Source: an uncultured Gaiellales bacterium
GTDB taxonomy: Bacteria > Actinomycetota > Thermoleophilia > RBG-16-64-13
Assembly (NCBI GenBank): GCA_964592075.1
Contig: CAZQDY010000006.1
Location: forward strand, 3,942 to 67,941
DNA length: 64,000 nucleotides
Reading direction: 5' to 3'
Shown one piece after another: positions 44,540 through 54,549 of the stretch. The notes below the pieces were generated by a model, which saw only the letters and a program-made list of their open reading frames with translations, had not been told where the DNA came from and made no database searches. Position 1 is the first letter of the stretch, and every line of letters begins with the position of its first letter. A program made the position numbers and the translations under genes.

Positions 44540-47500
44540 ATGGCGACGCTTGGTATCGACATAGGCTGCATCAGCGTGAAGATCGCTGTTGTGGGCGGGC
44601 CGGGGGACCGGGAGTCATTCACGAAGCTCTCGTCCGGGTCGACCCTCTTCCACAACCCTGAGCCCGGTGAGCGGGTGCTTCCCCACACGGATGCGCCGCC
44701 CATTCTGGCCACGGCCTACCGGCGTATCAAAGGCAGCCCCACCGAGGCGGCCCGGGAGCTCCTGAGCCAGGTGCTTGCCGCCCTGCCCGAGGGAACGGTC
44801 ACGGGCATGAGCGTCACCGGCACGGGAGGACGGCTCGTCGGCAACATGCTGGATGTGCCCTACCAGAACGAGTTCAAGGCCATCGCGCGCGCCGTGGGCG
44901 CGCTCCACCCGGACGTCACCACCGTCTTCGAGATGGGCGGGGAGACGTCCAAGTTCATCAGTCTCGAGACCGACGCGTCCTCCGGCCGGGTCGGCATCGC
45001 CGACTACGGCACCAACGGGGACTGCGCGGCCGGCACCGGTTCGTTCATGGACCAGCAGGCCAACCGCCTGCTGTACGACATAGAGGACGTAGGCGACATA
45101 GTGCAGGGCGCGGGCAAGGCCGCTTCCATCGCAGGCCGCTGCTCGGTGTTCGCCAAGTCGGACATGATCCACGCGCAACAGAAGGGCTACCAGCCGCCCG
45201 AGGTGCTGAAAGGCCTCTGCAACGCGGTGGTGCGCAACTACAAGGGCACCATCACCAAGGGCAAAGAGGTCGGCGGGCGGGTGGCCTTCATCGGTGGGGT
45301 GGCGGCCAACACAGGGGCCGTCGCCGCCATGCGCGAGGCTTTCGAGATAGACGAGCAGGGACTGGTCGTCCCCGCCCACTATGCGTGGATGGGCGCGATC
45401 GGCAGCGCCCTCATCGCCGCCGACGAGCTGGCCGGGACGGAGATGGTCACCATCGATCCGGCCCGTCTGGGGCAGGGCCAATCGGCGGACTTCCAGACCA
45501 GTGAGGTCCTCTCTCTGGACCGTGTCATCCTCCTGCGCGACCGGGTGAAGCCCTACCAGTTCCCGCCGGGCGACGGCAAGATCGGGGCCTATCTGGGCGT
45601 CGACGTCGGCTCCGTATCCACCAATCTGGTGGTCTTGGACGAAGCCGGCGAGGTGGTCAAGGAGATCTACGTCAAGACCGACGGGCGCCCCGTCGAGGTG
45701 GTCGGCAAGGGGCTCACCGACATCTGGAACGAGATGGGCCCGCGCCTGAACATCCTGGGCGTGGCCACCACCGGCTCCGGACGGGAGCTCATCGGCGAGC
45801 TCATCGGGGCCGACACCGTGAACGACGAGATCACGGCCCACAAGACGGGCGCCACTTCAATCGGACGCAAGCTCATCGACCGGGTGCCCGACACCATCTT
45901 CGAGATCGGCGGCCAGGACTCCAAGTTCATCAGCCTGCAGGACGGCGTGGTGGTCGACTTCGCCATGAACGAAGCCTGCGCGGCCGGCACCGGCTCGTTC
46001 CTCGAGGAGCAGGCCGAGAAGCTGGGCATCAACATCATCGGCGAGTTCGCCGAGCTGGCTCTGTCTTCCAAGGCCCCGGTCAAGCTGGGTGAGCGCTGCA
46101 CCGTGTTCATGGAGCGGGACGTCAACTCCTACCTCCAGAGGGGAGCCGACAAGAAGGATCTCGTGGCCGGGTTGGCTTACTCCATCGCCTACAACTACCT
46201 CAACCGCCTGGTAGGCCGTCGCCATATCGGAGACACCATCTACTTCCAGGGCGGCACCGCCTACAACGACTCTGTGGCGGCGGCTTTCAGCAGGATCCTC
46301 GACAAGGAGATCATCGTTCCGCCACACAACGGGGTGGTCGGAGCCATCGGCGTGGCGCTCCTGGCCCGCGAGAAGATGGCGGCCACCGGGACCCCCTCCC
46401 GTTTCCGCGGCTGGGACCTCGACAAGGTGGAATACACCGTCCGGGAGTTCACCTGCAAAGGCTGCAGCAACGAGTGCGACATACGCCAGTTCACCATAGG
46501 AGACGAGAAGACCTACTGGGGCGACAAGTGCTCCGACCGCTATCGCAAGCGGGCCAAGGTCGACAAGGAACCCGTGATCCGCGACCTGCTTGAGTTCAGA
46601 AGCGCCCTGCTCTTCTCCTACGTGACCGACGAGGCCGACGACACCACCGCGCTGCTCCGCAGCGGCGCCGGCTCTCCCCGCGGCACCATCGGCATCCCGC
46701 GGGCCATGTACACGCACGAGCGCCTGCCGTTCTGGGCCACCTTCTTCAAGTCGTGCGGCTTCGACGTCATGCTGTCCCGCCAGACCGACAAGAAGATCCG
46801 CCAGTGGGGCATCGAGGGAGCCGTGGCCGAGCCCTGCTTCCCTATCCGAGTGGCGCACGGTCATGTCATGGAGTTGATCGAAGAGGGTGCCGACCGCATC
46901 TTCATCCCCAACATGCTGAACGAGGAGACCGATCACCCGGATATCGAGTCGCACGCCTGCCCGTGGGGCCAGACGCTGCCTCACGTCATCCGCTTCGCCC
47001 CGCACTTCGAGGCCCACGCCGACCGCTTCCTCCTCCCCACGCTTCATTTCCGCCGGGGACCGCAGTACATCGGGGCCACTCTGCGGGCGACCATGAAGCC
47101 TCTGGGCGTTCCGGCCCGGGTGGTGGATGCAGCCGTAAAGGAAGCCTACGAGGCCCAGACCGAGTTCCGCAGCCGTGTGCTGCTGGCGGGCACCGAGGCA
47201 TTGGCTCTGCTCGAGGAGCACGACGAGTTGGGCATCGTCCTGGTCGGCCGGCCCTACAACATCTATGACCCCGGGGTCAACATGGACATCCCGGCCAAGC
47301 TCCGCCGCTACTACGGGGTCAATCTCATCCCCTTCGATTTCCTGCCCCTGTGGGGGGTGCAGACGCAGGACGTCACCGTGAACATGTACTGGGGCTATGG
47401 GCGCAAGATCCTGCAGGCGGCCAAAGTGGTCGCCCAGCACCCCAATCTGCACATCATCTACATGACCAACTTCAAGTGCGGTCCCGACTCGTACATCAAA

Positions 47501-47665
47501 CACTACGTGGGAGCCGCCGACCCCGACCCCTACCTGGTGCTGCAGTTCGACGAGCACACGAACGACGCGGGCGTCATGACCCGCTGCGAGGCCTACCTCG
47601 ACAGCAAGGGGTTCCTGCGCTGGTGGGTGCGCGAGGAGAGGGCGAAGCAGACGGTGGAGGGCTAG
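44540..47665 (+). CDS. double BadF/BadG/BcrA/BcrD-type ATPase fusion (acyl-CoA dehydratase activase-like) with extra C-terminal domain
   Basis: Two ASKHA ATPase modules, each with GIDIG/GVDVGS phosphate-1 and CAAGTGSF motifs (MATLGIDIGCISVKIAVV… and …YLGVDVGSVSTNLVVLD…); Cys motif CKGCSNEC; about 1040 aa. Confidence 0.85.
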   Translation: MATLGIDIGCISVKIAVVGGPGDRESFTKLSSGSTLFHNPEPGERVLPHTDAPPILATAYRRIKGSPTEAARELLSQVLAALPEGTVTGMSVTGTGGRLVGNMLDVPYQNEFKAIARAVGALHPDVTTVFEMGGETSKFISLETDASSGRVGIADYGTNGDCAAGTGSFMDQQANRLLYDIEDVGDIVQGAGKAASIAGRCSVFAKSDMIHAQQKGYQPPEVLKGLCNAVVRNYKGTITKGKEVGGRVAFIGGVAANTGAVAAMREAFEIDEQGLVVPAHYAWMGAIGSALIAADELAGTEMVTIDPARLGQGQSADFQTSEVLSLDRVILLRDRVKPYQFPPGDGKIGAYLGVDVGSVSTNLVVLDEAGEVVKEIYVKTDGRPVEVVGKGLTDIWNEMGPRLNILGVATTGSGRELIGELIGADTVNDEITAHKTGATSIGRKLIDRVPDTIFEIGGQDSKFISLQDGVVVDFAMNEACAAGTGSFLEEQAEKLGINIIGEFAELALSSKAPVKLGERCTVFMERDVNSYLQRGADKKDLVAGLAYSIAYNYLNRLVGRRHIGDTIYFQGGTAYNDSVAAAFSRILDKEIIVPPHNGVVGAIGVALLAREKMAATGTPSRFRGWDLDKVEYTVREFTCKGCSNECDIRQFTIGDEKTYWGDKCSDRYRKRAKVDKEPVIRDLLEFRSALLFSYVTDEADDTTALLRSGAGSPRGTIGIPRAMYTHERLPFWATFFKSCGFDVMLSRQTDKKIRQWGIEGAVAEPCFPIRVAHGHVMELIEEGADRIFIPNMLNEETDHPDIESHACPWGQTLPHVIRFAPHFEAHADRFLLPTLHFRRGPQYIGATLRATMKPLGVPARVVDAAVKEAYEAQTEFRSRVLLAGTEALALLEEHDELGIVLVGRPYNIYDPGVNMDIPAKLRRYYGVNLIPFDFLPLWGVQTQDVTVNMYWGYGRKILQAAKVVAQHPNLHIIYMTNFKCGPDSYIKHYVGAADPDPYLVLQFDEHTNDAGVMTRCEAYLDSKGFLRWWVREERAKQTVEG

Positions 47666-49032
47666 TGGATACGGTCACCGAGACCAAGGGCGGCAACGGC
47701 AAGGGTTCGCGCGAAGCGGCTGAAGCGGCCCTGGACGCGCTACCCAAGCCTATCGCGGCCAGAGGGGCCGAGACGAGCCCCGTCGAAGAGGCCGTCGACA
47801 TCAAGAACCGCACCACCTGGCTCTGCCGTATGCCATACGGCGGGTCGCGCATGCTGGCGGCTGCGTTCCGGTCCATCGGGATGGACACCCGGGTGACGCC
47901 CGACGAAGACGCCCGCACGTTGGAGCTGGGTGCCAAGTACAACTCGGGAGACGAATGCTATCCGCAGCGCATCGTCCTCGGCGACTACATGAAGCTGCTC
48001 GAGGACGAGAGGCTCGACCCCAAGAAGACCGCCCTCCTGCTTCCCACGGCCAACGGGCCCTGCAGGTTCGGCCAGTACATCAGGTTGCTGCGCCGCATCC
48101 TGGACGAGCAGGGATACAAGGACGTGGCCATCCTCTCGTTCACGTCGGCCGACGGCTACGCGGGCATCGGCGACCAGGCGGGAGAGGTCATCCGCACCGC
48201 CTGGCGGGCGGTGCTCGTGCAGGACATCCTCCTCAAGCTGTTGCTCATGATCCGGCCCTACGAGGTCGACCCCGGCGAGACCGATAAGGTCTACCTGGAC
48301 AGCCTCGACCAGATGGGCAAGATAGTCGAGCAGCAGGGCCTCAGCAACAAGGAGCGGCTGAGACAGATCAAGGCGGGGCTCCGCAAGGTCAAAGAGGCGT
48401 TCCTGGCCGTGCAGGTGAATAAGGAGGACCGTCCACTCATTGGAGTGGTGGGCGAGATCTTCTGCCGCCTCAATACCTTCGCCAACAACGAGCTCATCCG
48501 GCATATCGAAGCGCAGGGCGGAGAGTGCTGGCTGACCGGCATCGGCGAATGGGTCTGGTACACGAACGCTGAAGCCTTCCGCCGCCACCGGGAGGAGAAG
48601 AGCCGCTTCACCAAGCCCTGGCTACGGACTTTCATCACCGGCCGGCTGATGAGGAGCGACGAGAAGACCCTCTACAAGGACTTCCGGGAGGTCTTCGCCG
48701 ACCGGCCCGATCCACATGTCCATGAGGTGCTCGAGGCGGCGCAGCCCTATCTGCCCCAGTCGGGCGCGCTCGGCGAGATGGTCCTATCGACCGGAGGGAC
48801 CATCACCCTCTATCGCCGCGGGGTCGACGGCATAGTCGACATCAGCCCCTTCAGCTGCATGAACGGCATCGTCACCGAGGCAGTCTACCCGCGTGTCAGC
48901 AAGGACCACGACAACATCCCCGTACGAGTGTTCTACTTCGACGGCACGCAGAGCGACCTCGACCGCGACGTGGGGATCTTCCTGGAACTCGCGACGACCT
49001 ACAGGCGACGCAAGAAGATAGGCGGGTCTTAG
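47666..49032 (+). CDS. DUF2229 / 2-hydroxyglutaryl-CoA dehydratase D-component (HgdB)-like protein
   Basis: GTG start directly after the activase stop; …SGDECYPQRIVLGDYM…ANGPCRFGQY… Cys motifs as in HgdB-like proteins; 455 aa. Confidence 0.7.
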
Positions 49033-49080
49033 GGAAGGGACGGTGGGCGCTTTGCCGGGAGCTCAGACGCAAGCCGCAGC

Positions 49081-51645
49081 ATGTTCGCACGTCTAGGCTC
49101 CTTCGCCGTCCGCTTCCGCTGGGTCATCATCGCCGCATGGGTGGCCGCGGCGGTGGTATTGACCCTGGTTGCTCCCAACATCGATGACGTGGCCGTGAGC
49201 GACCAGCGGGCATTCCTCCCCACCGACGCGCCCAGCCTTCACGCTCATGAGGTGGTCACGGAGTACTTCCCCGACAGGGTCTCGCCCTCGAGTGCCGTCC
49301 TCACTATCGACTCGGGCCCAGGCGGACGTGCCGACCAGGGTCAGGCGGCCGCGTTCGTCAGCGATCTCACCACGTGGCTGACCGGCCCCGAGGCCCCGGC
49401 AGGCGTGGACGAGGTGTGGTCTCCGGTGCTCGGAGACGAGCAGACCAGGGCCGGCGTCACCAGCCAGGACAGGCAGGTGACTCTCGTGCTGGTCCGTTTC
49501 GAAGCCATGGGGACCGAGCCCGAGACCGTCGAGGCCTTCGACGACATCCGCGCGCGTCTCAGCCTGAGACCGGACGGGGTCAAGACCCTGATGACCGGCG
49601 ATGGGCCTATCCTCGCCGCCTACAGCGGCGCCTCCCGCACGAGCACCGACTCCACCACCTGGATCACGATCGTCCTCGTGGTCGCCATCCTGCTCCTCAT
49701 CTACCGCTCGCCGGTCAGCCCGCTCATCCCCCTGTTCACCATAGCGCTGGCCTATCTGATCTCGCGGGGAGTGGTCGCGCTCCTGGGCGCCCACGCGCTC
49801 ACCATCTCGCTCTACACCAACGTCTTCCTGGTCGTGGTGCTTTTCGGAGCGGGCACCGACTACTGCCTGTTCCTCATCAGCCGCTTCCGGGAGGAGATGA
49901 CCGGCGCCTCGACCTCGGCGCCCGCCGTCAGGACCACGGTGAGGGCCGTGGGAGAGACCATCGCCTCCAGCGCCGGCACGGTCATCGTGGGCCTCGCCAT
50001 GATGACGGTCGCCGAGCTCGGCCTCTACAACACCAGTGGGCCCAGTCTCGCCATCGGAGTGGCCATCGCCCTCCTGGCCGGTCTGACGCTCACGCCCGCG
50101 CTGCTCACCATCCTCGGCCATAAAGCGTTCTGGCCGCGCAAGGCCAGGCACATGAGAGATCAGGGGGTCTGGCACAACTGGGCCGGCAGGGTGGTGAGGC
50201 GACCCCTCGTGACCTTCCTGGTGCCGGTCATCGCACTGGTGCCGCTGGCGATCTATGGCGCGGGCCTGAAGAGCGACTTCGACCTGCTGGGCGACCTCTC
50301 GCGGAAAGACGAAACCCGGATGGGTTTCGAGACGATCTCGGCCCACTTCGGGGCGGGAGAGATGCAGCCTCTCAACGTGGTGGCCATCGACCCGGCGGGC
50401 TACGATACCCCCACGGGGCTGAGGCGTACCGAGCAACTGGCGGCCGAGTTGGGCCGCATGGCTCATGTGGCCAGGGTGCGGAGCTTCACCGGATCGTTGG
50501 AGGACAAGGAGTTCCTCGGTGTGGCCGGTCAACTGGCCGAAGTGGCTCAGGGAGTGCGCGACGGCATAGCGGAGGTCGAGAAGGCCGCGGGAGGCGCGGG
50601 CGGAGGCGGCGCCGCCCAGTTGGAGGCGGCCGCCGCCGCTCTCGTCGAGGTGGGCGGCTACCTCGTGCAACTTGCCGGCGCCTATCCCGATGTGGTCCAG
50701 GACCTCGGATACCAGGAGGCGACCGGCGCCCTCGCCGGGCTCCAAGAGCTGGCAGGCGACGCGACAAGCCGCACCTCCGCCCCCACACCAGCGCTCATCC
50801 AGCAGGCACTCGCGCGACTGGAGTCGCTCGCTGAAGGTCTCGACACACTTCGGGTGTCGTTCGCCGCCAGGTCGGACGCCATCCTTCTTCCGGATCTCTA
50901 TCTCGAACGAAACGAGGGGCTCAGGGCTCTTCGCGACGCCTACATCTCAACCGACGGCGCCGCGACACGCCTGCAGGTGGTGCTGGACTCGGGACCCTAC
51001 AGCCAGGAATCCATCTCCACGGTGGAGGCCATGCGCCGGACACTCAGCGACGCGGGGGTCGATGCCGTGATCGAGGGCAATTCGGCTGTGTTGCTCGATC
51101 TGCGCGACTCGTCCGACCGGGACATGACCCGTGCCATCGTTTTCGTACTCGGGGGCGTCTTCGTCGTCCTGCTCTTGCTGCTGCAGGCCGTGGTGGCTCC
51201 CATATACCTGATCCTGACCATCCTGCTCTCCTACGCGGCCACACTGGGTGTGGTGAGGCTCGTCTTCGTCGACATCATGGGCACGGCCGGGGTCACCTGG
51301 TGGGTGCCCATGTTCATGTTCGTGATGCTGGTCGCCCTGGGTATGGACTACAACATCTTCCTCATCGGGCGTGTGAAGGAGGAGGTGGCGAACCACGGCA
51401 CCAGGGCGGGGACCCGTCTGGCTCTGGCGCGGACGGGCGGCATCATCACCTCGGCGGGGGTCATCATGGCGGGGACGTTCGCCAGCATGCTGAGCGGCGA
51501 CCTGCTGGGGCTGTTGCAGATCGGGTTCGCTGTGGCCTTCGGCGTGCTGCTAGACACCTTCGTGGTCCGCACCACGCTGGTGCCCGCGATCACGGTGTTG
51601 CTCGACCGCTGGGCCTGGTGGCCACGGAGAGGGCCGAAGGTCTGA
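49081..51645 (+). CDS. MMPL family RND-type transporter (second copy)
   Basis: 854 aa; MFARLGSFAVRFRWVIIAAWVAAAVVLTLVAP…; two 6-TM bundles; long coiled/Ala-rich periplasmic insert; 48 nt downstream of the HgdB-like gene. Confidence 0.9.
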   Translation: MFARLGSFAVRFRWVIIAAWVAAAVVLTLVAPNIDDVAVSDQRAFLPTDAPSLHAHEVVTEYFPDRVSPSSAVLTIDSGPGGRADQGQAAAFVSDLTTWLTGPEAPAGVDEVWSPVLGDEQTRAGVTSQDRQVTLVLVRFEAMGTEPETVEAFDDIRARLSLRPDGVKTLMTGDGPILAAYSGASRTSTDSTTWITIVLVVAILLLIYRSPVSPLIPLFTIALAYLISRGVVALLGAHALTISLYTNVFLVVVLFGAGTDYCLFLISRFREEMTGASTSAPAVRTTVRAVGETIASSAGTVIVGLAMMTVAELGLYNTSGPSLAIGVAIALLAGLTLTPALLTILGHKAFWPRKARHMRDQGVWHNWAGRVVRRPLVTFLVPVIALVPLAIYGAGLKSDFDLLGDLSRKDETRMGFETISAHFGAGEMQPLNVVAIDPAGYDTPTGLRRTEQLAAELGRMAHVARVRSFTGSLEDKEFLGVAGQLAEVAQGVRDGIAEVEKAAGGAGGGGAAQLEAAAAALVEVGGYLVQLAGAYPDVVQDLGYQEATGALAGLQELAGDATSRTSAPTPALIQQALARLESLAEGLDTLRVSFAARSDAILLPDLYLERNEGLRALRDAYISTDGAATRLQVVLDSGPYSQESISTVEAMRRTLSDAGVDAVIEGNSAVLLDLRDSSDRDMTRAIVFVLGGVFVVLLLLLQAVVAPIYLILTILLSYAATLGVVRLVFVDIMGTAGVTWWVPMFMFVMLVALGMDYNIFLIGRVKEEVANHGTRAGTRLALARTGGIITSAGVIMAGTFASMLSGDLLGLLQIGFAVAFGVLLDTFVVRTTLVPAITVLLDRWAWWPRRGPKV

Positions 51646-51668
51646 GCGCGGGCCGCGGCCGGCCCGGG

Positions 51669-52979
51669 TCAACTCTCCCCCACCAACTCCCTCTTGACGA
51701 CCAAGCGGCCGTCCTTGTAGGCGCGCCACACCGGGTTCATCCCATAGCGATACGGGATCTCAGCGTAGCGGGTGTGGTCGAGCACAAGGATGTCGGCTTT
51801 CTTGCCCACCTCCAGGCTGCCCACCTCGTGATCCAGGGCCAATGCCGCCGCCGCCTCGATGGTGATGGACCGGATCACCTCATCGGCCGACATCCTGAGC
51901 TGGGAGCAACCCATGGTGGCCATCAACCAGAGGTTCTGTGTAGGACTCGAACCTGGGTTGAGGTCCGTGCTCAGAGCGACTCGGGCACCGGCGTCCAGCA
52001 GCCTGCGGGCGGGCGCATAGCCGCCCTCACCCAGGAAGAAGGTTGCCCCTGGGAGGATCACCCCCACCGGCACGCGTCTCTCACCCGTGAGAGCGGCCAG
52101 AGCCGCGATGCCCGCGTCGCTGATGTGGTCGAGATGGTCCACCGAAACGGCGCCGATCTCGGCCGCCATCTCCGTGGCTCCCGTGTAGGTGAGTTGGTCG
52201 GCGTGGAGCTTGGGCAGGAGGCCGTGCTCAGCACCTGCCTCCAGCACACGCCGGCACTGATCCACCGAGAAGGCCCCCTGTTCACAGAACGCATCGCAGA
52301 ACACGGCCAGCTTGTGCTTGGCAGCAGCCGGGATCATCTTCTTGACGATCAACTTGATGTAGTCGTCGACGCGGTCCGCGTAGTCCACCGGCACCATGTG
52401 GGCGGCCAGCAGCGTCGGGACCACATCCACAGCGTGCGCCGCTCCAACGTCCCGATAAACCTCGAGCAGCCGCACTTCCTGTTCGACTGAAAGACCATAG
52501 CCGCTCTTGGCCTCCACGGTGGTGACGCCGAACCGCAGGAACTGGTCCAGCCGTCTCTTGGTGAGCGCGCGGAGTGTCTCATCAGACGCGGCACCGGTGG
52601 CATGCACCGTGCTGCTGATGCCACCGCCGGCTCTAGCCACCTCTTGATAGGTAGCGCCACCGACGCGCATCTGGAACTCGTCAGCGCGGTCGGCGGCAAA
52701 GGCCAGGTGCGCGTGGCACTCCACCAAGCCCGGCATGACCACCCGCCCGTCCGCATCGACCTCTTCTCCCCCCCGGATCAAGCGGACCTCTTCGCGAAGG
52801 GCCTCGTTGCCGCCGACCCACACAACGCGACCCTCGCGCGCGGCCACCGCTCCTCCGGGTATCACACCGAGCACCGACCTCGCGCCCGACTCGACGCCGG
52901 TCCGTTCACACGTGAGAAGCTCGCCCGCGCCGCTGATGATCAGATCGGCTTCGACCCAAGCCTGCGCAGACCCGTTCAA
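51669..52979 (-). CDS. hutI: imidazolonepropionase
   Basis: Amidohydrolase metal ligands …GLVECHAHLAF…; HutI-like length of 436 aa; hutH/hutU/hutG are not adjacent. Confidence 0.85.
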   Translation of the reverse strand: MNGSAQAWVEADLIISGAGELLTCERTGVESGARSVLGVIPGGAVAAREGRVVWVGGNEALREEVRLIRGGEEVDADGRVVMPGLVECHAHLAFAADRADEFQMRVGGATYQEVARAGGGISSTVHATGAASDETLRALTKRRLDQFLRFGVTTVEAKSGYGLSVEQEVRLLEVYRDVGAAHAVDVVPTLLAAHMVPVDYADRVDDYIKLIVKKMIPAAAKHKLAVFCDAFCEQGAFSVDQCRRVLEAGAEHGLLPKLHADQLTYTGATEMAAEIGAVSVDHLDHISDAGIAALAALTGERRVPVGVILPGATFFLGEGGYAPARRLLDAGARVALSTDLNPGSSPTQNLWLMATMGCSQLRMSADEVIRSITIEAAAALALDHEVGSLEVGKKADILVLDHTRYAEIPYRYGMNPVWRAYKDGRLVVKRELVGES

Positions 52980-53097
52980 GTTCGGCCTCCTATCTCGCGC
53001 GGAACGGTCAAGCCGACTCCATCCCGTCCTCTATACCGCGCTCCGCATAGTAACTCTATTGTGGCGAATGGGTACGCCCCCTTCTGCCTCGGCTTCC

Positions 53098-54543
53098 CTA
53101 ACGCCGCCAGAAAGCCCGGGTCAAGGGGATGAGGATGGAGAAGAGCTCCAGACGGCCGACCACCATCATGACGATCAGCACCACCTTCGCGAACGGGTGC
53201 ATGAGCGCGTAGTTGGCCATCGGCCCGACCAGACCGAGCCCGGGACCGATGTTGTTGAGTGTTGCCGCCACCGAGGTCGTCGACGTGATCATGTCGACGT
53301 TGGTGGCCGCCACGAGCACGCTGCCGATCAAGAATATCGCCACGTAGAGCACAAAGTAGCCCAAGACGTTCACCCGTGCCGCCTCGGGCACTATCCGACC
53401 GCCGGTCTTGAGGGGCAACACCGCCTGGGGATGCATTTGCCGGGTCAACTCGTGCCGGATGCTCTTGAACAGCACGAGTATGCGGGCCACCTTGAACCCT
53501 CCCCCCGTCGATCCTGCCGACCCTCCCACGAACATCAGGAGCACCAGCAGCAGCTTTGCGAAGGGATTCCATACGTCAAAGTCGGCAGTCGCGAACCCGG
53601 TGGTTGTCTGGAGAGAGCTGACCTGGAAGAGAGCCTCTCGGAACGCGTGCCCAGCGCTGAAATGGCTCTTGGCCAGCATGAGACTGATCGCCGCCACCAC
53701 CACCGAAACGCCCATTATCGCCGTGTAGAGGCGAAACTCCGGGTTCTTGTACCAGCGCGAGGACCGGCCGCGGAGCACGGCGTAGTAGAGGGCGAAGTTG
53801 CCACCCGCGATCCACATGAAGAACACCAGGACAAGCTCGATGGGTAGACTGCCGAATTCCCCGATGCCCCCCGCCCGAGTGGAGAAACCCCCCGTCGCCA
53901 TCGTGGCGAACGCATGGCAGAACGCCTCGTACACGTCCATCCCAAAGACCGACAGCAACACGATCTCAAGAACGGTGAATCCCGCGTAGATGAGCCACAG
54001 ATTGCGGGCTGTGTCGCGGATCCGGGGAGTGAGCCTCTCCGGCACCGGACCCGGCGCTTCTGCCGAGAACAGCCTCATAGCGCCCGCTCCGAGCGGCCGC
54101 AGGACGGCGATGAAGAGCACGATGATGCCCATGCCACCGAACCACTGGCTGAGCGACCTCCAGAAGAACAGACCGTGAGGCTGGTCGTAGTCGGTGAGAA
54201 CGCTGGCCCCGGTGGTGGTGAAGCCCGACATGCTCTCGAAGAGCGCATCCACGGGCCCGAGCACCCCGCAGACCAGGTAGGGCAGCGCCCCGAAGACCAT
54301 GGCCACGATCCATCCCAGCCCAACCGACAGGAAACCCTCTCGATACCCGATGCTCGTACGGCCTCTGAGCCGGGTGAAGAAGAAGAGCGGCACACCGACC
54401 GCGAAGGCGATGGCAGCCGATATGACCAGGTGGATCACATCCGGGTCGCTGTAGATTGCCGAGACCCCGGCAGATGCCAGGATCCCGGTGCCCACCACCG
54501 AGATGACGACCCCGACCAGGTGGCCAACGAAACGTAGGTTCAT
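53098..54543 (-). CDS. trkH: TrkH-family potassium uptake protein
   Basis: 481 aa; repeated M1-P-M2 pore motifs TTTGFATAD / TTTGASVLTD. Confidence 0.9.
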   Translation of the reverse strand: MNLRFVGHLVGVVISVVGTGILASAGVSAIYSDPDVIHLVISAAIAFAVGVPLFFFTRLRGRTSIGYREGFLSVGLGWIVAMVFGALPYLVCGVLGPVDALFESMSGFTTTGASVLTDYDQPHGLFFWRSLSQWFGGMGIIVLFIAVLRPLGAGAMRLFSAEAPGPVPERLTPRIRDTARNLWLIYAGFTVLEIVLLSVFGMDVYEAFCHAFATMATGGFSTRAGGIGEFGSLPIELVLVFFMWIAGGNFALYYAVLRGRSSRWYKNPEFRLYTAIMGVSVVVAAISLMLAKSHFSAGHAFREALFQVSSLQTTTGFATADFDVWNPFAKLLLVLLMFVGGSAGSTGGGFKVARILVLFKSIRHELTRQMHPQAVLPLKTGGRIVPEAARVNVLGYFVLYVAIFLIGSVLVAATNVDMITSTTSVAATLNNIGPGLGLVGPMANYALMHPFAKVVLIVMMVVGRLELFSILIPLTRAFWRR

Positions 54544-54549
54544 CGGCTT

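Noticed and set aside
51669-52979. hutI as part of a histidine-utilisation operon
   Set aside because: HutI is flanked by MMPL and TrkH genes; hutH/hutU/hutG are not in the window, so no hut operon is called here. It is simply an isolated imidazolonepropionase-family amidohydrolase.
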